The translations under genes were made by a program, and so were the position numbers. From the IMG/VR virus record IMGVR_UViG_3300043811_000163, positions 1 to 56,533 of that record: a stretch of DNA of 56,533 nt. The stretch is one strand, 5' to 3'. The notes below the pieces were generated by a model that had not been told where the DNA came from, did no database searches, and saw nothing but the letters and a program-made list of their open reading frames with translations. This document shows positions 27,454-36,261 of the stretch, one piece after another; within the stretch, counting starts at the first letter, position 1; each line of letters begins with the position of its first letter. Source of the stretch: a virus.

Positions 27454-29252
27454 TGCGTGGCGTCACTGGCACCTCCATGGGTCTCGTGCCTGCGGCTCCA
27501 CAAGCGATTCCTTCAAGCCTCGCGATCTCCCAGACAGGATCTGAGGCGACTGGATTTAGCGGGTCGTCCTATTTCTCCGTCACGGGAAGCGGATTCGCGT
27601 TCGGGAACAACACCACGATTGCGATCGGCTTCGATCTGCATACGTTGCCCGTCGTTCCGCAAACAATCGTACAGGATGCTCTGGCCGCCACCAATGGCTG
27701 GCAGGTGCAGATTGATTCGACAGGGCAAATTCTGATCGCATTCCCTGGTGGAGGGACGACCATATCGACCACGCTCCTCGCGAGCATCGGATTCAACTCG
27801 GTCGTCATCACCAAGGATGTGGCGACCACCGACAAGGTCCGAGTCAGTCTCAACAATCTGTCGGAAGGCATCTTTACGATTCCGGCGTCAGTATCGACCA
27901 ATTCGTCGAGCATCTGTCGGATCGGCAACGACGATACGGGCGCCACACCGTTCTCGGCGGGGGCCGTGCTGTGGTTTCAGGGTTACAGCGTCGTTCTGTC
28001 CGACAGCGACATGAACACGAAGGCTGCGATGGGACAGCAAAACCGATGGATTCCCGTGCCGTCCTCACAGGAGTCATCGCTCGTGGTCGACTGGGAGGTA
28101 GGCGCCTCTCGAGACTGGAATGGAATTGCCTCGACCACGACGAGCCAAGGAAGTGTGCCGGTCACCTGGACGGTCACGGGCTCGGGCCTGTCACTCGCCC
28201 CGCTTCAGGAGCTCTATTTCCCTTGGTCCGCGATCCAGCCATACGCGCAGGACAATGCGTACTCGACCTCGCCCTACGGCACGTATCTTCGTCTGATCTT
28301 CGGGTCGCAAGACCAAGCGATCTACGTCGACACGACCGTCGGAGATATTTTCGAGTCTTCTTCAGCCCTATTCTCGGCTCCGGTGTGGAGTATCTCTCAA
28401 CACAATATTGCGACATTCTGCGGGGCCACGTACGGCTCCCTTCAGGCCGGAGTGCGCGGGTGCATGCGAGTAGCGACGCCTGGCTCCGGATTTGGGCGGA
28501 CCATCGAAGTGTGGAGCGGGCCGCAAACGATCAGCGGCGGTGTCGGTCCAGTGTACGGAACGACCATTCAGGCCGTACGGCTCCAGACCGTTTCCGGGCA
28601 AGCCGTCAATCCGATACCAGCGCCCTCCAACGTGCTCAACATTTTGGGCGATTCGATCACGGCGGATGGTCTAGTAGCCACGCCGGTAGGCCAGTTCGGT
28701 AGTGCGTCGATCTACCGAAACGCCGTCCGTGGGAAAGCGAACGTTGTGGTCGATGGCGGCGGCAACTCGAGTCTGTTCGAGAACTGCACGATATTTTTTG
28801 CCACGCCCGCCGCATACGCCGCGCATGTAGCTGCCACGATTGCCAACGTGAACGCGGGCGGATTGCAGGTCGTACTCGTGGCCATCATGGTCAACGACTA
28901 CCTTTTGGCCCAGCAGTCCGCGGCGTCCTACGGGACCATGTTGACGACGTTCATGAACGCGCTGCACACGGATGCGCCAGCCGCCACGATCATTGTGCAC
29001 GGTACGACCCTTCTGGGCGGCAGCTACGAAACCCTACCCAACAACACCTATGGAAACATTCCAGACGACTATCGCAATGCTGCGGCCGCCGCAGTCAGTG
29101 CGATCGGCGCGTCGTGGGCGAAATATTCGAACTACAAAAACGTGATTATGACCGCGGACATCTCGACGCTCGACAACATTCACCTTCTGAACTCGGGACA
29201 AGCCAAGGTGGCGGCTCAGTATCAGGCGGACAAGTTCTTCGGGACGTTCTGA
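27450..29252 (+). CDS. LamG-like plus SGNH/GDSL hydrolase structural protein
   Basis: ILGDSIT (block I), MVNDY (block III), LDNIHL (block V DxxH); beta-rich N-terminal half. Confidence 0.75.
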   Translation: MMRGVTGTSMGLVPAAPQAIPSSLAISQTGSEATGFSGSSYFSVTGSGFAFGNNTTIAIGFDLHTLPVVPQTIVQDALAATNGWQVQIDSTGQILIAFPGGGTTISTTLLASIGFNSVVITKDVATTDKVRVSLNNLSEGIFTIPASVSTNSSSICRIGNDDTGATPFSAGAVLWFQGYSVVLSDSDMNTKAAMGQQNRWIPVPSSQESSLVVDWEVGASRDWNGIASTTTSQGSVPVTWTVTGSGLSLAPLQELYFPWSAIQPYAQDNAYSTSPYGTYLRLIFGSQDQAIYVDTTVGDIFESSSALFSAPVWSISQHNIATFCGATYGSLQAGVRGCMRVATPGSGFGRTIEVWSGPQTISGGVGPVYGTTIQAVRLQTVSGQAVNPIPAPSNVLNILGDSITADGLVATPVGQFGSASIYRNAVRGKANVVVDGGGNSSLFENCTIFFATPAAYAAHVAATIANVNAGGLQVVLVAIMVNDYLLAQQSAASYGTMLTTFMNALHTDAPAATIIVHGTTLLGGSYETLPNNTYGNIPDDYRNAAAAAVSAIGASWAKYSNYKNVIMTADISTLDNIHLLNSGQAKVAAQYQADKFFGTF

Positions 29253-29253
29253 C

Positions 29254-30096
29254 ATGAAACAAGCTATTCGCACGGCCTCGATGTTCATTCTGCTGACGTG
29301 CGCGCTGTTTGCGATCGGATCGCGCAGCGGTACATGGATCGAAGAGCCCGCCCATGCGATGCGCCTTGGCGAGGGCATCGGCCTAAGCAAGCAGCCCACC
29401 CAATCGGCAGCGTGGACGCCGATCTCGCTACAACCAACGGTGTGGTTCCGAGCGGATAAGGGGATCACGCTCAACGGTTCGAATGTCAGTGCATGGGCCG
29501 ATCAGAGTGGCAACGGAAACAGCGCGAGCCAAGGGACCTCTGGGGATCAGCCGGCGTTTTCGGCGACTGGCAATCCGCTCGGTGGCGCCTCGGTCGTCTG
29601 GGGCGGCGGGGTCAGTGGCGTGTCGACCAATGCCATGACAATTGGAGCGTTCAGCGCGCTCAGCACGGGCGCGGTGGTCGCGACCGTCCAATACGCGGCC
29701 ACGCTCTCGTCGATCCGCCAGCTGGTCAATGGCCTGGAGAGCGGAGCCAACGGAGACTGGGAAGTCTGGACGCAGAGCAGCAAGACACAGTTTTACGCGG
29801 GCGCCACGAAGGCATCGGGCAGCACGTTCACGGGCAGCACCTGGCATACGATCGTTGCCAATTTCGCGGCAAGTGCATCGTCTCAACTGTTTGTGGACGG
29901 TGTCTCGCAAGCGACAGGGACGGTCGGGACCAACTCGTTCGGTGGAAGTGGGTTCACGCTCGGCAATACCGTGACTCCTACAAGTGCCGGTTGGCACGGG
30001 GGCATGACCGAGTTTTTGATCGTGCCCACGACCCTGACGACCGCTCAGGTCGCCCAGTATTCCACGTGGGCCACCGCGCAGTGGGGCGTCAACTAA
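29254..30096 (+). CDS. LamG/concanavalin-like protein with an N-terminal signal peptide
   Basis: WFRADKGIT...VSAWADQSGNGN...QP; hydrophobic N-terminus. Confidence 0.7.
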   Translation: MKQAIRTASMFILLTCALFAIGSRSGTWIEEPAHAMRLGEGIGLSKQPTQSAAWTPISLQPTVWFRADKGITLNGSNVSAWADQSGNGNSASQGTSGDQPAFSATGNPLGGASVVWGGGVSGVSTNAMTIGAFSALSTGAVVATVQYAATLSSIRQLVNGLESGANGDWEVWTQSSKTQFYAGATKASGSTFTGSTWHTIVANFAASASSQLFVDGVSQATGTVGTNSFGGSGFTLGNTVTPTSAGWHGGMTEFLIVPTTLTTAQVAQYSTWATAQWGVN

Positions 30097-30106
30097 AGGA
30101 TCGGCT

Positions 30107-30985
30107 ATGAAAAGCTACGTTTGCCTCATGCGAAACGCGCTTCTGTCCGCCACGATCGCCCTGAACTTGGTCGGATGCCGCGGTTGCCATCCCGCTGCTT
30201 CCGTTCGGTCGGGACCGATCGGCGCGCAATCCACGCTGAGTGCATATTCGGCGGGTGGCGGCGCCCAGGCGATTGTTCTGCAAAATGCCACTGTGACTGC
30301 GGCCGGATCGGTCGTCGTCACGAACATGCCGATCGGCGCGACCAAGCTCACGGTCAATGTCTCGGGCACTGCGACCGGGTCAATGACTTTCACGATCACC
30401 GAGGTCGATTCGGGAGATCGCGCGACCGCGCTGGGATCTCCCGTCAGCACGTCGGCGATTACGACCACGGGCGCCACGAGCGCGTCATTGACCCTGGCGT
30501 CGTCCGGAACGGTTCTCGTCAGCTGGACCGCGACGAGCTCTCCGAGCTTCACCGGGGTGTGGGCTAGTCTCACCTCGACGGGACTTGCCACGACCGGGGG
30601 CGGTTCAGGCAGCGCGTCGACCGTCTCGATCTCGAGCCCGGTTGCGGCGGCGGGAGCTGTCCCGACGGTCGCGTGGGCACCGGTCGAGGTCAGTCAGGCT
30701 CCGCAGTCGAACTGCCCGGACCAAGGCGCGTTCGTAGGTGACGCTGGTGCGACCGGTTCCGGGTCCGTTCTCGTCGATGCCTCGATCACGACGACGGGTG
30801 TGGCGCGTCGCATTTGGGTCGGCACGGCCGGTACGGTTTGTTTGACCCACCTGAACGACACGAGCGCCAGTACGTGCACGTGTTACCTGAATGTTGCGGC
30901 TGGCACGTATCTCGACGGCGTGTTCACCGCGATCTGCGGAGCCGATGCGGGAACCACGGCAGGGTCCTTCGTTCTCGAGCGATAG
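30107..30985 (+). CDS. Putative lipoprotein-like structural protein
   Basis: ALLSATIALNLVGC lipobox; Ser/Thr/Gly-rich; C-terminal ARRIWVGTAGTV domain. Confidence 0.6.
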   Translation: MKSYVCLMRNALLSATIALNLVGCRGCHPAASVRSGPIGAQSTLSAYSAGGGAQAIVLQNATVTAAGSVVVTNMPIGATKLTVNVSGTATGSMTFTITEVDSGDRATALGSPVSTSAITTTGATSASLTLASSGTVLVSWTATSSPSFTGVWASLTSTGLATTGGGSGSASTVSISSPVAAAGAVPTVAWAPVEVSQAPQSNCPDQGAFVGDAGATGSGSVLVDASITTTGVARRIWVGTAGTVCLTHLNDTSASTCTCYLNVAAGTYLDGVFTAICGADAGTTAGSFVLER

Positions 30986-31004
30986 AAGAAGCTACCTTCA
31001 CGCC

Positions 31005-31376
31005 ATGCCCGTGGAAGCCGCCGTGAACGAACCGCCTAGCGCAGAGCCGGCTCCGGAGCACGTAGAGCCAATCGCAGAGACAGCGCCGCCCGAAGAGGCC
31101 AAGCCGTGCGAGGATCCGAATCATGGGCCGCCGGCCTTGCGCGGATCCGAACAGCGAGGGATCCAGATGCACACGTGCCCGAAGTGCGGACTGGAAACCG
31201 TGACGCGAGTCGGTTTGGCCGATGGCGTCAAGGTCACGCGTTCGCCGCAGCTCAATGAGCGCGGTCGTCCGACAGGCTCCACGATCGTGCGCGTCGATTC
31301 GGTGCCCACCGGCCAGGTGATTTCGTCTCCGCCCGCGCGTCGCCGAGGCCAGCCCACGGTTCGATTGTCCTCGTGA
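31005..31376 (+). CDS. Hypothetical protein with a CPKCG motif
   Basis: Leaderless-type start CTACCTT-6nt-ATG at 31005. Confidence 0.5.
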   Translation: MPVEAAVNEPPSAEPAPEHVEPIAETAPPEEAKPCEDPNHGPPALRGSEQRGIQMHTCPKCGLETVTRVGLADGVKVTRSPQLNERGRPTGSTIVRVDSVPTGQVISSPPARRRGQPTVRLSS

Positions 31377-31476
31377 GAGGCTTTTCGTTCTACGTATTCG
31401 GTCTCGTCGCGCTTGCCGTTCTCTCTATACTCGCCGTGCGGTAATCCCGCACATGGCAGGCCCTACGTTCACGGGC

Positions 31477-32004
31477 ATGAAGCGAATCGCTCTGGCCCTC
31501 GCCATTCTCGCGCTGCCCATTCTCGCGCTCGTCGCGAGTTCTGCCTGCTACCCGCAGTCCAGTCCTTCGCCGAGCAAGCTTGGTGGAAACGCGACGTGGG
31601 GTCCGCAAGGCCCGACAGGTCTGAGCGGCGATGCCGCCTCGTCGATCCCGCTGACCGGGACCTTCGGCCAGCAGAAGACGCTGACCGTCGAGATCTACAA
31701 CACGGACGGCGCGGCCTGGACCGGAACCATCAACTTTCAGGGGTCGAATGACGGTACGAACTGGAATGCCGTCCCGTGCGTGAACCTCGGCGGTACAGTC
31801 GGAGCGATCGGCGCGGTAGCATCTTCGACGACCGCCAATGGGCTCTGGCAGTGCAATGTCTCCGGACTCGGGTACTTCCAAGCGCAAGGCGTTACGATCT
31901 CGACTTCAGCGAACGTGACCTTCAACCTCGCCGATTCGAACTTCCCGATCAGTTTCACTTTGGTCGATGCTGCAACTGGCGCGGTCATTCGCACGAGCTA
32001 CTGA
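31477..32004 (+). CDS. Putative lipoprotein-like structural protein
   Basis: MKRIALALAILALPILALVASSAC signal/lipobox; GTINFQGSNDGTNW motif; CCTACGTT-7nt-ATG. Confidence 0.65.
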   Translation: MKRIALALAILALPILALVASSACYPQSSPSPSKLGGNATWGPQGPTGLSGDAASSIPLTGTFGQQKTLTVEIYNTDGAAWTGTINFQGSNDGTNWNAVPCVNLGGTVGAIGAVASSTTANGLWQCNVSGLGYFQAQGVTISTSANVTFNLADSNFPISFTLVDAATGAVIRTSY

Positions 32005-32030
32005 GCGTTCGGAGCGGCTAGCTTCGTCGC

Positions 32031-32402
32031 ATGGATGTGGCGGCCTTCAAGCTGCAATTCCCGGAATTCAAAAGCGTTCCGCAGGATTACGTTCAGGCTC
32101 TTCTCATCCGATCCACGATCCGAATGGGTGGGCTCACGACCGCCACGAGCTCAAGTCCGGATGCGCGAATTTGGGGTTCGTACGGCGCAGCTGGGCAGCC
32201 GCTAACGCTCGCCGACATCGCTCAAGCCTGCTGGACCGCGCACTTGCTAATCTGCTCTCCCTTTGGCTCGGAAACGCGGTTGAATCCAGAGACCACCGAA
32301 TCGACTTACAAGGCGCAATGGACCGAGCTGGCTGAAGCAGTGTACGGCGGCTTCATTGTGTCTGGCAACGGTGGCTGCGGCTGGCCCGGTAGACCGTTCT
32401 GA
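32031..32402 (+). CDS. Head-tail connector (DUF4054-like)
   Basis: MDVAAFKLQFPEF...WG...TAHLL...STY. Confidence 0.75.
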   Translation: MDVAAFKLQFPEFKSVPQDYVQALLIRSTIRMGGLTTATSSSPDARIWGSYGAAGQPLTLADIAQACWTAHLLICSPFGSETRLNPETTESTYKAQWTELAEAVYGGFIVSGNGGCGWPGRPF

Positions 32403-32893
32403 TGGCCGGCAAGGTCAAGATCACCGACAAGGACCACGGGTACGCGGCCTTGGTCAAGCGCCTCTACGGCGAGACCAAAGCGCGCGTCGAAGTAGGTATC
32501 CTCGCCGGGGAAGGACATGCGGATGACGAGCACGGCGAGGGCACGACGCTCATCGATGTCGCGACGTGGATGGAGTTCGGCACGACCGACGCGAACGGAA
32601 ACATCCATGTCCCGGAACGCAGTTTCATTAGGGAGTGGTTCGACTCCGCAGAAGCAAAGCTGCGCGATGATATGATTATATTGATGCAGTCTGTTGTGCG
32701 CGGGGAACGAACCAAGGATCGGGCGCTTGAACTGCTCGCGCTGCGTTGTGTAGGCCAAATTCAGGATCGCATTTCGAGCTCGTTGCCGCCCCCTAACGAT
32801 CCAGAAACAGTGCGCCGCAAAGGTTCAAGCACTACTCTCATCGATAAGGGTCAATTGCGGGCTGGTATTAGTTCGCGGATCACCAACGGATAA
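32402..32893 (+). CDS. Neck/virion morphogenesis protein
   Basis: VEVGI, ATWMEFGT, VPERSFIR, PPNDPETVRRKGSSTTLIDKGQL. Confidence 0.8.
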   Translation: MAGKVKITDKDHGYAALVKRLYGETKARVEVGILAGEGHADDEHGEGTTLIDVATWMEFGTTDANGNIHVPERSFIREWFDSAEAKLRDDMIILMQSVVRGERTKDRALELLALRCVGQIQDRISSSLPPPNDPETVRRKGSSTTLIDKGQLRAGISSRITNG

Positions 32894-33562
32894 CGCGCGA
32901 TCGAGATACCTCGCTGCGGCTCGCAATCTCTTCGGGTCGTCTTTCATATGGCCGATCCCAAGATTACAGTTCCCGCAGAGAATGCCGCGGACCGCACCGG
33001 TCTTGTGGTCATGATCGATGTGGCGCTGTTTCATGTGCTTGGTCCGGCAGATGGCACATCGGCGGCCTTGACGTAGAAACATCGCCTCGACCTCTCCGGC
33101 AGTCATGCGGTATTGTCTTTTCAGTCGCACTGCGCGATTGATCCTAGCCGCGCGCTCTTTATCGCGTTCATAGTACGCTCGCTTGATCTCGGCTGTTCGC
33201 GCTTTGTACCGCGCTCTGAAGTCGGGATCGGATGCCAATCGAGCCTTCAGGATCGCATATTTCTTCTGACCATATTGCCGTTGCCATTCTCTCTTTCGCT
33301 GTTGACGCGCCTTGACTTTGTCTGGGTTGCGACGGCGCCACTCTCGATGTATTTCACGGCTATGTACGGTATTGGCTGCCTGCCACGATTTCGAGCGTGC
33401 TCTCCTTCTGTCTGCTCTGACTGCAAGGTCTTCGTCTGATACAGGCGGGTAGCAATTTCGTCGGCATTTCTGCCGCCGTTTGAACTGGCATGGGTACTCG
33501 TCTTCACGTCGGGTCAATTCCGTGCCGCATCCGGAACACTTTCGCGCTACGCTCTCATCCAT
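32825..33562 (-). CDS. Endonuclease VII-family HNH nuclease (free-standing)
   Basis: QGRRCAIC...HIDHDHKTGAVRGILCGNCNLGIG...DDP. Confidence 0.9.
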   Translation of the reverse strand: MDESVARKCSGCGTELTRREDEYPCQFKRRQKCRRNCYPPVSDEDLAVRADRRRARSKSWQAANTVHSREIHREWRRRNPDKVKARQQRKREWQRQYGQKKYAILKARLASDPDFRARYKARTAEIKRAYYERDKERAARINRAVRLKRQYRMTAGEVEAMFLRQGRRCAICRTKHMKQRHIDHDHKTGAVRGILCGNCNLGIGHMKDDPKRLRAAARYLDRALSVGDPRTNTSPQLTLIDESSA

Positions 33563-33578
33563 CGGGGGTCACTCCCTG

Positions 33579-33612
33579 GTCAGGCCCCCGGACGGTGACA
33601 CGTCGCGGGGGC
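33579..33612 (-). promoter_or_regulatory. Structured leader hairpin (motif copy A)
   Basis: GCCCCCG-C-GACG-TGTCAC-CGTC-CGGGGGC-CTGAC upstream of the endonuclease ATG. Confidence 0.7.
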
Positions 33613-33631
33613 GCTATTTTCATAGCACGAA

Positions 33632-34276
33632 ATGACTCAGCCTGCCTATTCTGTCCAGCCGTCTCCACGGATCCCAAAGCAGACCCTGCTTCAGCTCATT
33701 GCGACGCTCTCGGGAGTCCAGACGTTATGGAGAAGCGACCGAGCCCCGGCAATCCCCGGCGAATCGCCCGGCCTCGAGCACGCACGCATCTGGCTCAAGA
33801 TCACGACGTACGCGAACAACGGCACGGACGAGCAGCGGCTCCAGTACGATGCCGCGGCCGACACCAACGACCTCTTGAATGTGGGACAGAGGCAGTTCAC
33901 GCTCTCGATCCGGGCGGAGTGCTTCAACCCCATTTCCGAGATCGAAGCGTACGATCTCTGCGAGCGCATTCGGTTTCGACTTCGAACGGCCACGGCAAGA
34001 TCCATTTTCTCGCCCGCAAATCTCGCGCTACGCGACGTCCAACCGATTGCGGCCTTCGAGCAGAAGGTCGACGTCGGGGGCACTTCGCGTATGATTCCTT
34101 GTGCCACGATGGATGTCCGATGGAACTGGGTGGCGACCGGTGACCCCAATCCGCAAGACTCGATGGAGGGAAACTGGATTGAAGGCATCGACGGACTCAC
34201 CGCGCCATTCACCAACAGCAACGCGCCTGGCGTCATCGGCGACAGCATCATTCCTGGCACGCTGAACGAGCCCTGA
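33632..34276 (+). CDS. Tail terminator/neck protein
   Basis: Position before the sheath; GQRQFTLSIRAEC, ATMDVRW. Confidence 0.65.
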   Translation: MTQPAYSVQPSPRIPKQTLLQLIATLSGVQTLWRSDRAPAIPGESPGLEHARIWLKITTYANNGTDEQRLQYDAAADTNDLLNVGQRQFTLSIRAECFNPISEIEAYDLCERIRFRLRTATARSIFSPANLALRDVQPIAAFEQKVDVGGTSRMIPCATMDVRWNWVATGDPNPQDSMEGNWIEGIDGLTAPFTNSNAPGVIGDSIIPGTLNEP

Positions 34277-34279
34277 ACC

Positions 34280-35029
34280 ATGGGCGTCAAGGTCTACGAC
34301 TTCAAGTTTCGCTCGGGAAAGCACGCGTGGGCTGTGCAGTGTCCGGCATGCGGACATTCGCATTCGTTCGACGATCGCTGGACCTACAACGGCAACGCGT
34401 CATCCCCGACGTTCGCGCCGTCGATGCTGGCCGACCAGGGTGGCCCGGCGCGCTGCCACTCGTTTCTGCGCGCGGGCGTCTGGGAGTATCTCAGCGACTG
34501 CAAGCACGCCATGGCAGGCAAGCGAGTGCCCGCGCCCGACTGGGATCCCGCGCCGACCGTCCAGGCCGACACGACTACTCCGGCGTCGGCACCGGAACCA
34601 GCGCCGCCAGCGCCCGCGATCCAAGCTTCATCTCCTACATTTCATGTAATGCAAATGCCGACGTTGGAAGAGCAGGAAGCCTTCCGTGCGAGGACCGCGC
34701 GGCTATTTGCGGCGCTCCAAGCGTACGAGGTCGCACTTCCCGTCGAAGGCGCCTCTCTGCTCTGCGCGCATCTCTTCGCGACGTCGGAAGCGTCCCATCA
34801 CATGGGCGCCACCGAAGCGATTGTCTGGACTCGCGGATTCAAACAGCGCTACCCCAAATGCTGGCACTGGCTGCGGCTTTACCAGGTCGAAGCGTTCGCG
34901 AAAGAACTGCTCGACAGCGAGCTTGATTCGGTTTCTCCAGAAAGGCTCGCGGTCATGGCCTGCGTCATCCGCGGGGCCAACCTCCCGACGATCGAAGAAG
35001 AAGAGTCGGAACCCGTGGCGGCCCCGTGA
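34280..35029 (+). CDS. DUF6527-like Zn-binding domain fused to an unknown C-terminal domain
   Basis: CPACGHSH..RWTYNGN..PTFAPS..RCHSFLRAGVWEYLSDCKH. Confidence 0.7.
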   Translation: MGVKVYDFKFRSGKHAWAVQCPACGHSHSFDDRWTYNGNASSPTFAPSMLADQGGPARCHSFLRAGVWEYLSDCKHAMAGKRVPAPDWDPAPTVQADTTTPASAPEPAPPAPAIQASSPTFHVMQMPTLEEQEAFRARTARLFAALQAYEVALPVEGASLLCAHLFATSEASHHMGATEAIVWTRGFKQRYPKCWHWLRLYQVEAFAKELLDSELDSVSPERLAVMACVIRGANLPTIEEEESEPVAAP

Positions 35030-35409
35030 CCACGGAACAGCGCATTGTCGAGGGCATCGCGGCGTTCTGCATACTCTACTGGACGTCGACCGCGCTCTGG
35101 CTTGGCTGGAGAGTCGTGGACGCGCTGGAAGGAATTCGCAGACACCTTCTCGGCGTCAGCATTGCCCGAAGCGAGCGCGCGACGCCTCCAGCGAGAAGAG
35201 TGCCGATAGCCCCGGGTTCCGAAGAGGACGCCGACGAAGAGCCCACCGTGGTCACCAGGCGCCGCGATGGGTGATCTCGACCTCATGAAGCTCGTGCGCG
35301 AGACCAAGCTCTCGACGAAAGACGCCGTCGAAATCGCGCTGCTCTATCAGGATTTGCGTCGTCCGAAGTGGAAGCGGCTGCTACGCTGGCTAATTTGGGG
35401 CCGTACGCG

Positions 35410-36156
35410 CTAGACGTGCTTCCAGGTCAGGCCGCGAGCCACGCTGAAGATTGCGCCTTCGCTGACGCCAAGTCGACGCGCGATGGAAGTCTTCGGTTCG
35501 CCACGAGCGAGGGCGGGGCGGACCTCGTTGACGACGAGTTCGGCCGTCAGTTTAGACATGCCGTGACGCTCTCCGCGAGGGATACGCTCTGGTCTAGTGA
35601 CGGCGGAGTGTCGATTCTTCTCTACCATGTCAACGCTGTTTTCTTCAGCGGTGCCCTCGAACAGATGGTCAGGTCGCACGCAACCGGCTGGACCGCTGTC
35701 GCATTTATGTAGACACCACGGATGTGGCCAGCGGCCGTGTTCCAAGAAGAATGATACGACGTGGCCGGAGATCTGGTGCTCACCGACCCATAGTTTGCCG
35801 CCGTAGGCGCCAACGCGAATCCAGCAAGGTCCAAGTTCAGGACGATGTGAAGGCACAGGTCCGTTCTTGTCGACCTTCTCCCAGAAGCGATCCGACAATG
35901 GTGCGCCGGAAATGCATCGCCTTGAGCAGCGATTGCGCCGATTGAAGTTGCTTAGATGCTCGCCCTCCCGGCGCACCAAGTCTTTGCCGCAGGTGAGACA
36001 CTTGCGACCCGTCGGGCACTGCCTCCGTGAGTCGACTGCGCATTTTTTGCACAGGAGACCAGAGAGCCGAGCGATGGCCGACGCATGCGCAGGGATGTTG
36101 ATCAGTCGCATCGTGCCGCATTGCCGACACGGAAGTTCGAAGCTACTCTCAGGCAT
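35410..36156 (-). CDS. HNH homing endonuclease with a C-terminal HTH
   Basis: RFWEKVDKNG..CW, LHKCD..CVRPDHLFEGT..NSVD, GERHGMSKLT, IARRLGVS; ATG at 36156 with a GGAGG RBS. Confidence 0.9.
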   Translation of the reverse strand: MPESSFELPCRQCGTMRLINIPAHASAIARLSGLLCKKCAVDSRRQCPTGRKCLTCGKDLVRREGEHLSNFNRRNRCSRRCISGAPLSDRFWEKVDKNGPVPSHRPELGPCWIRVGAYGGKLWVGEHQISGHVVSFFLEHGRWPHPWCLHKCDSGPAGCVRPDHLFEGTAEENSVDMVEKNRHSAVTRPERIPRGERHGMSKLTAELVVNEVRPALARGEPKTSIARRLGVSEGAIFSVARGLTWKHV

Positions 36157-36175
36157 CGGCGCGCCTCCCGCGCTG

Positions 36176-36209
36176 GTCAGGACCGCGGCGCCTGCAAGCG
36201 CGCGCGGTC
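36176..36209 (-). promoter_or_regulatory. Structured leader hairpin (motif copy C)
   Basis: GACCGCG-C-GCGC-TTGCAG-GCGC-CGCGGTC-CTGAC. Confidence 0.7.
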
Positions 36210-36261
36210 GCCTTATTTGTAGCACGGCGTCACGTCGACCGCTCGCCCTACTTTCGCAGCG

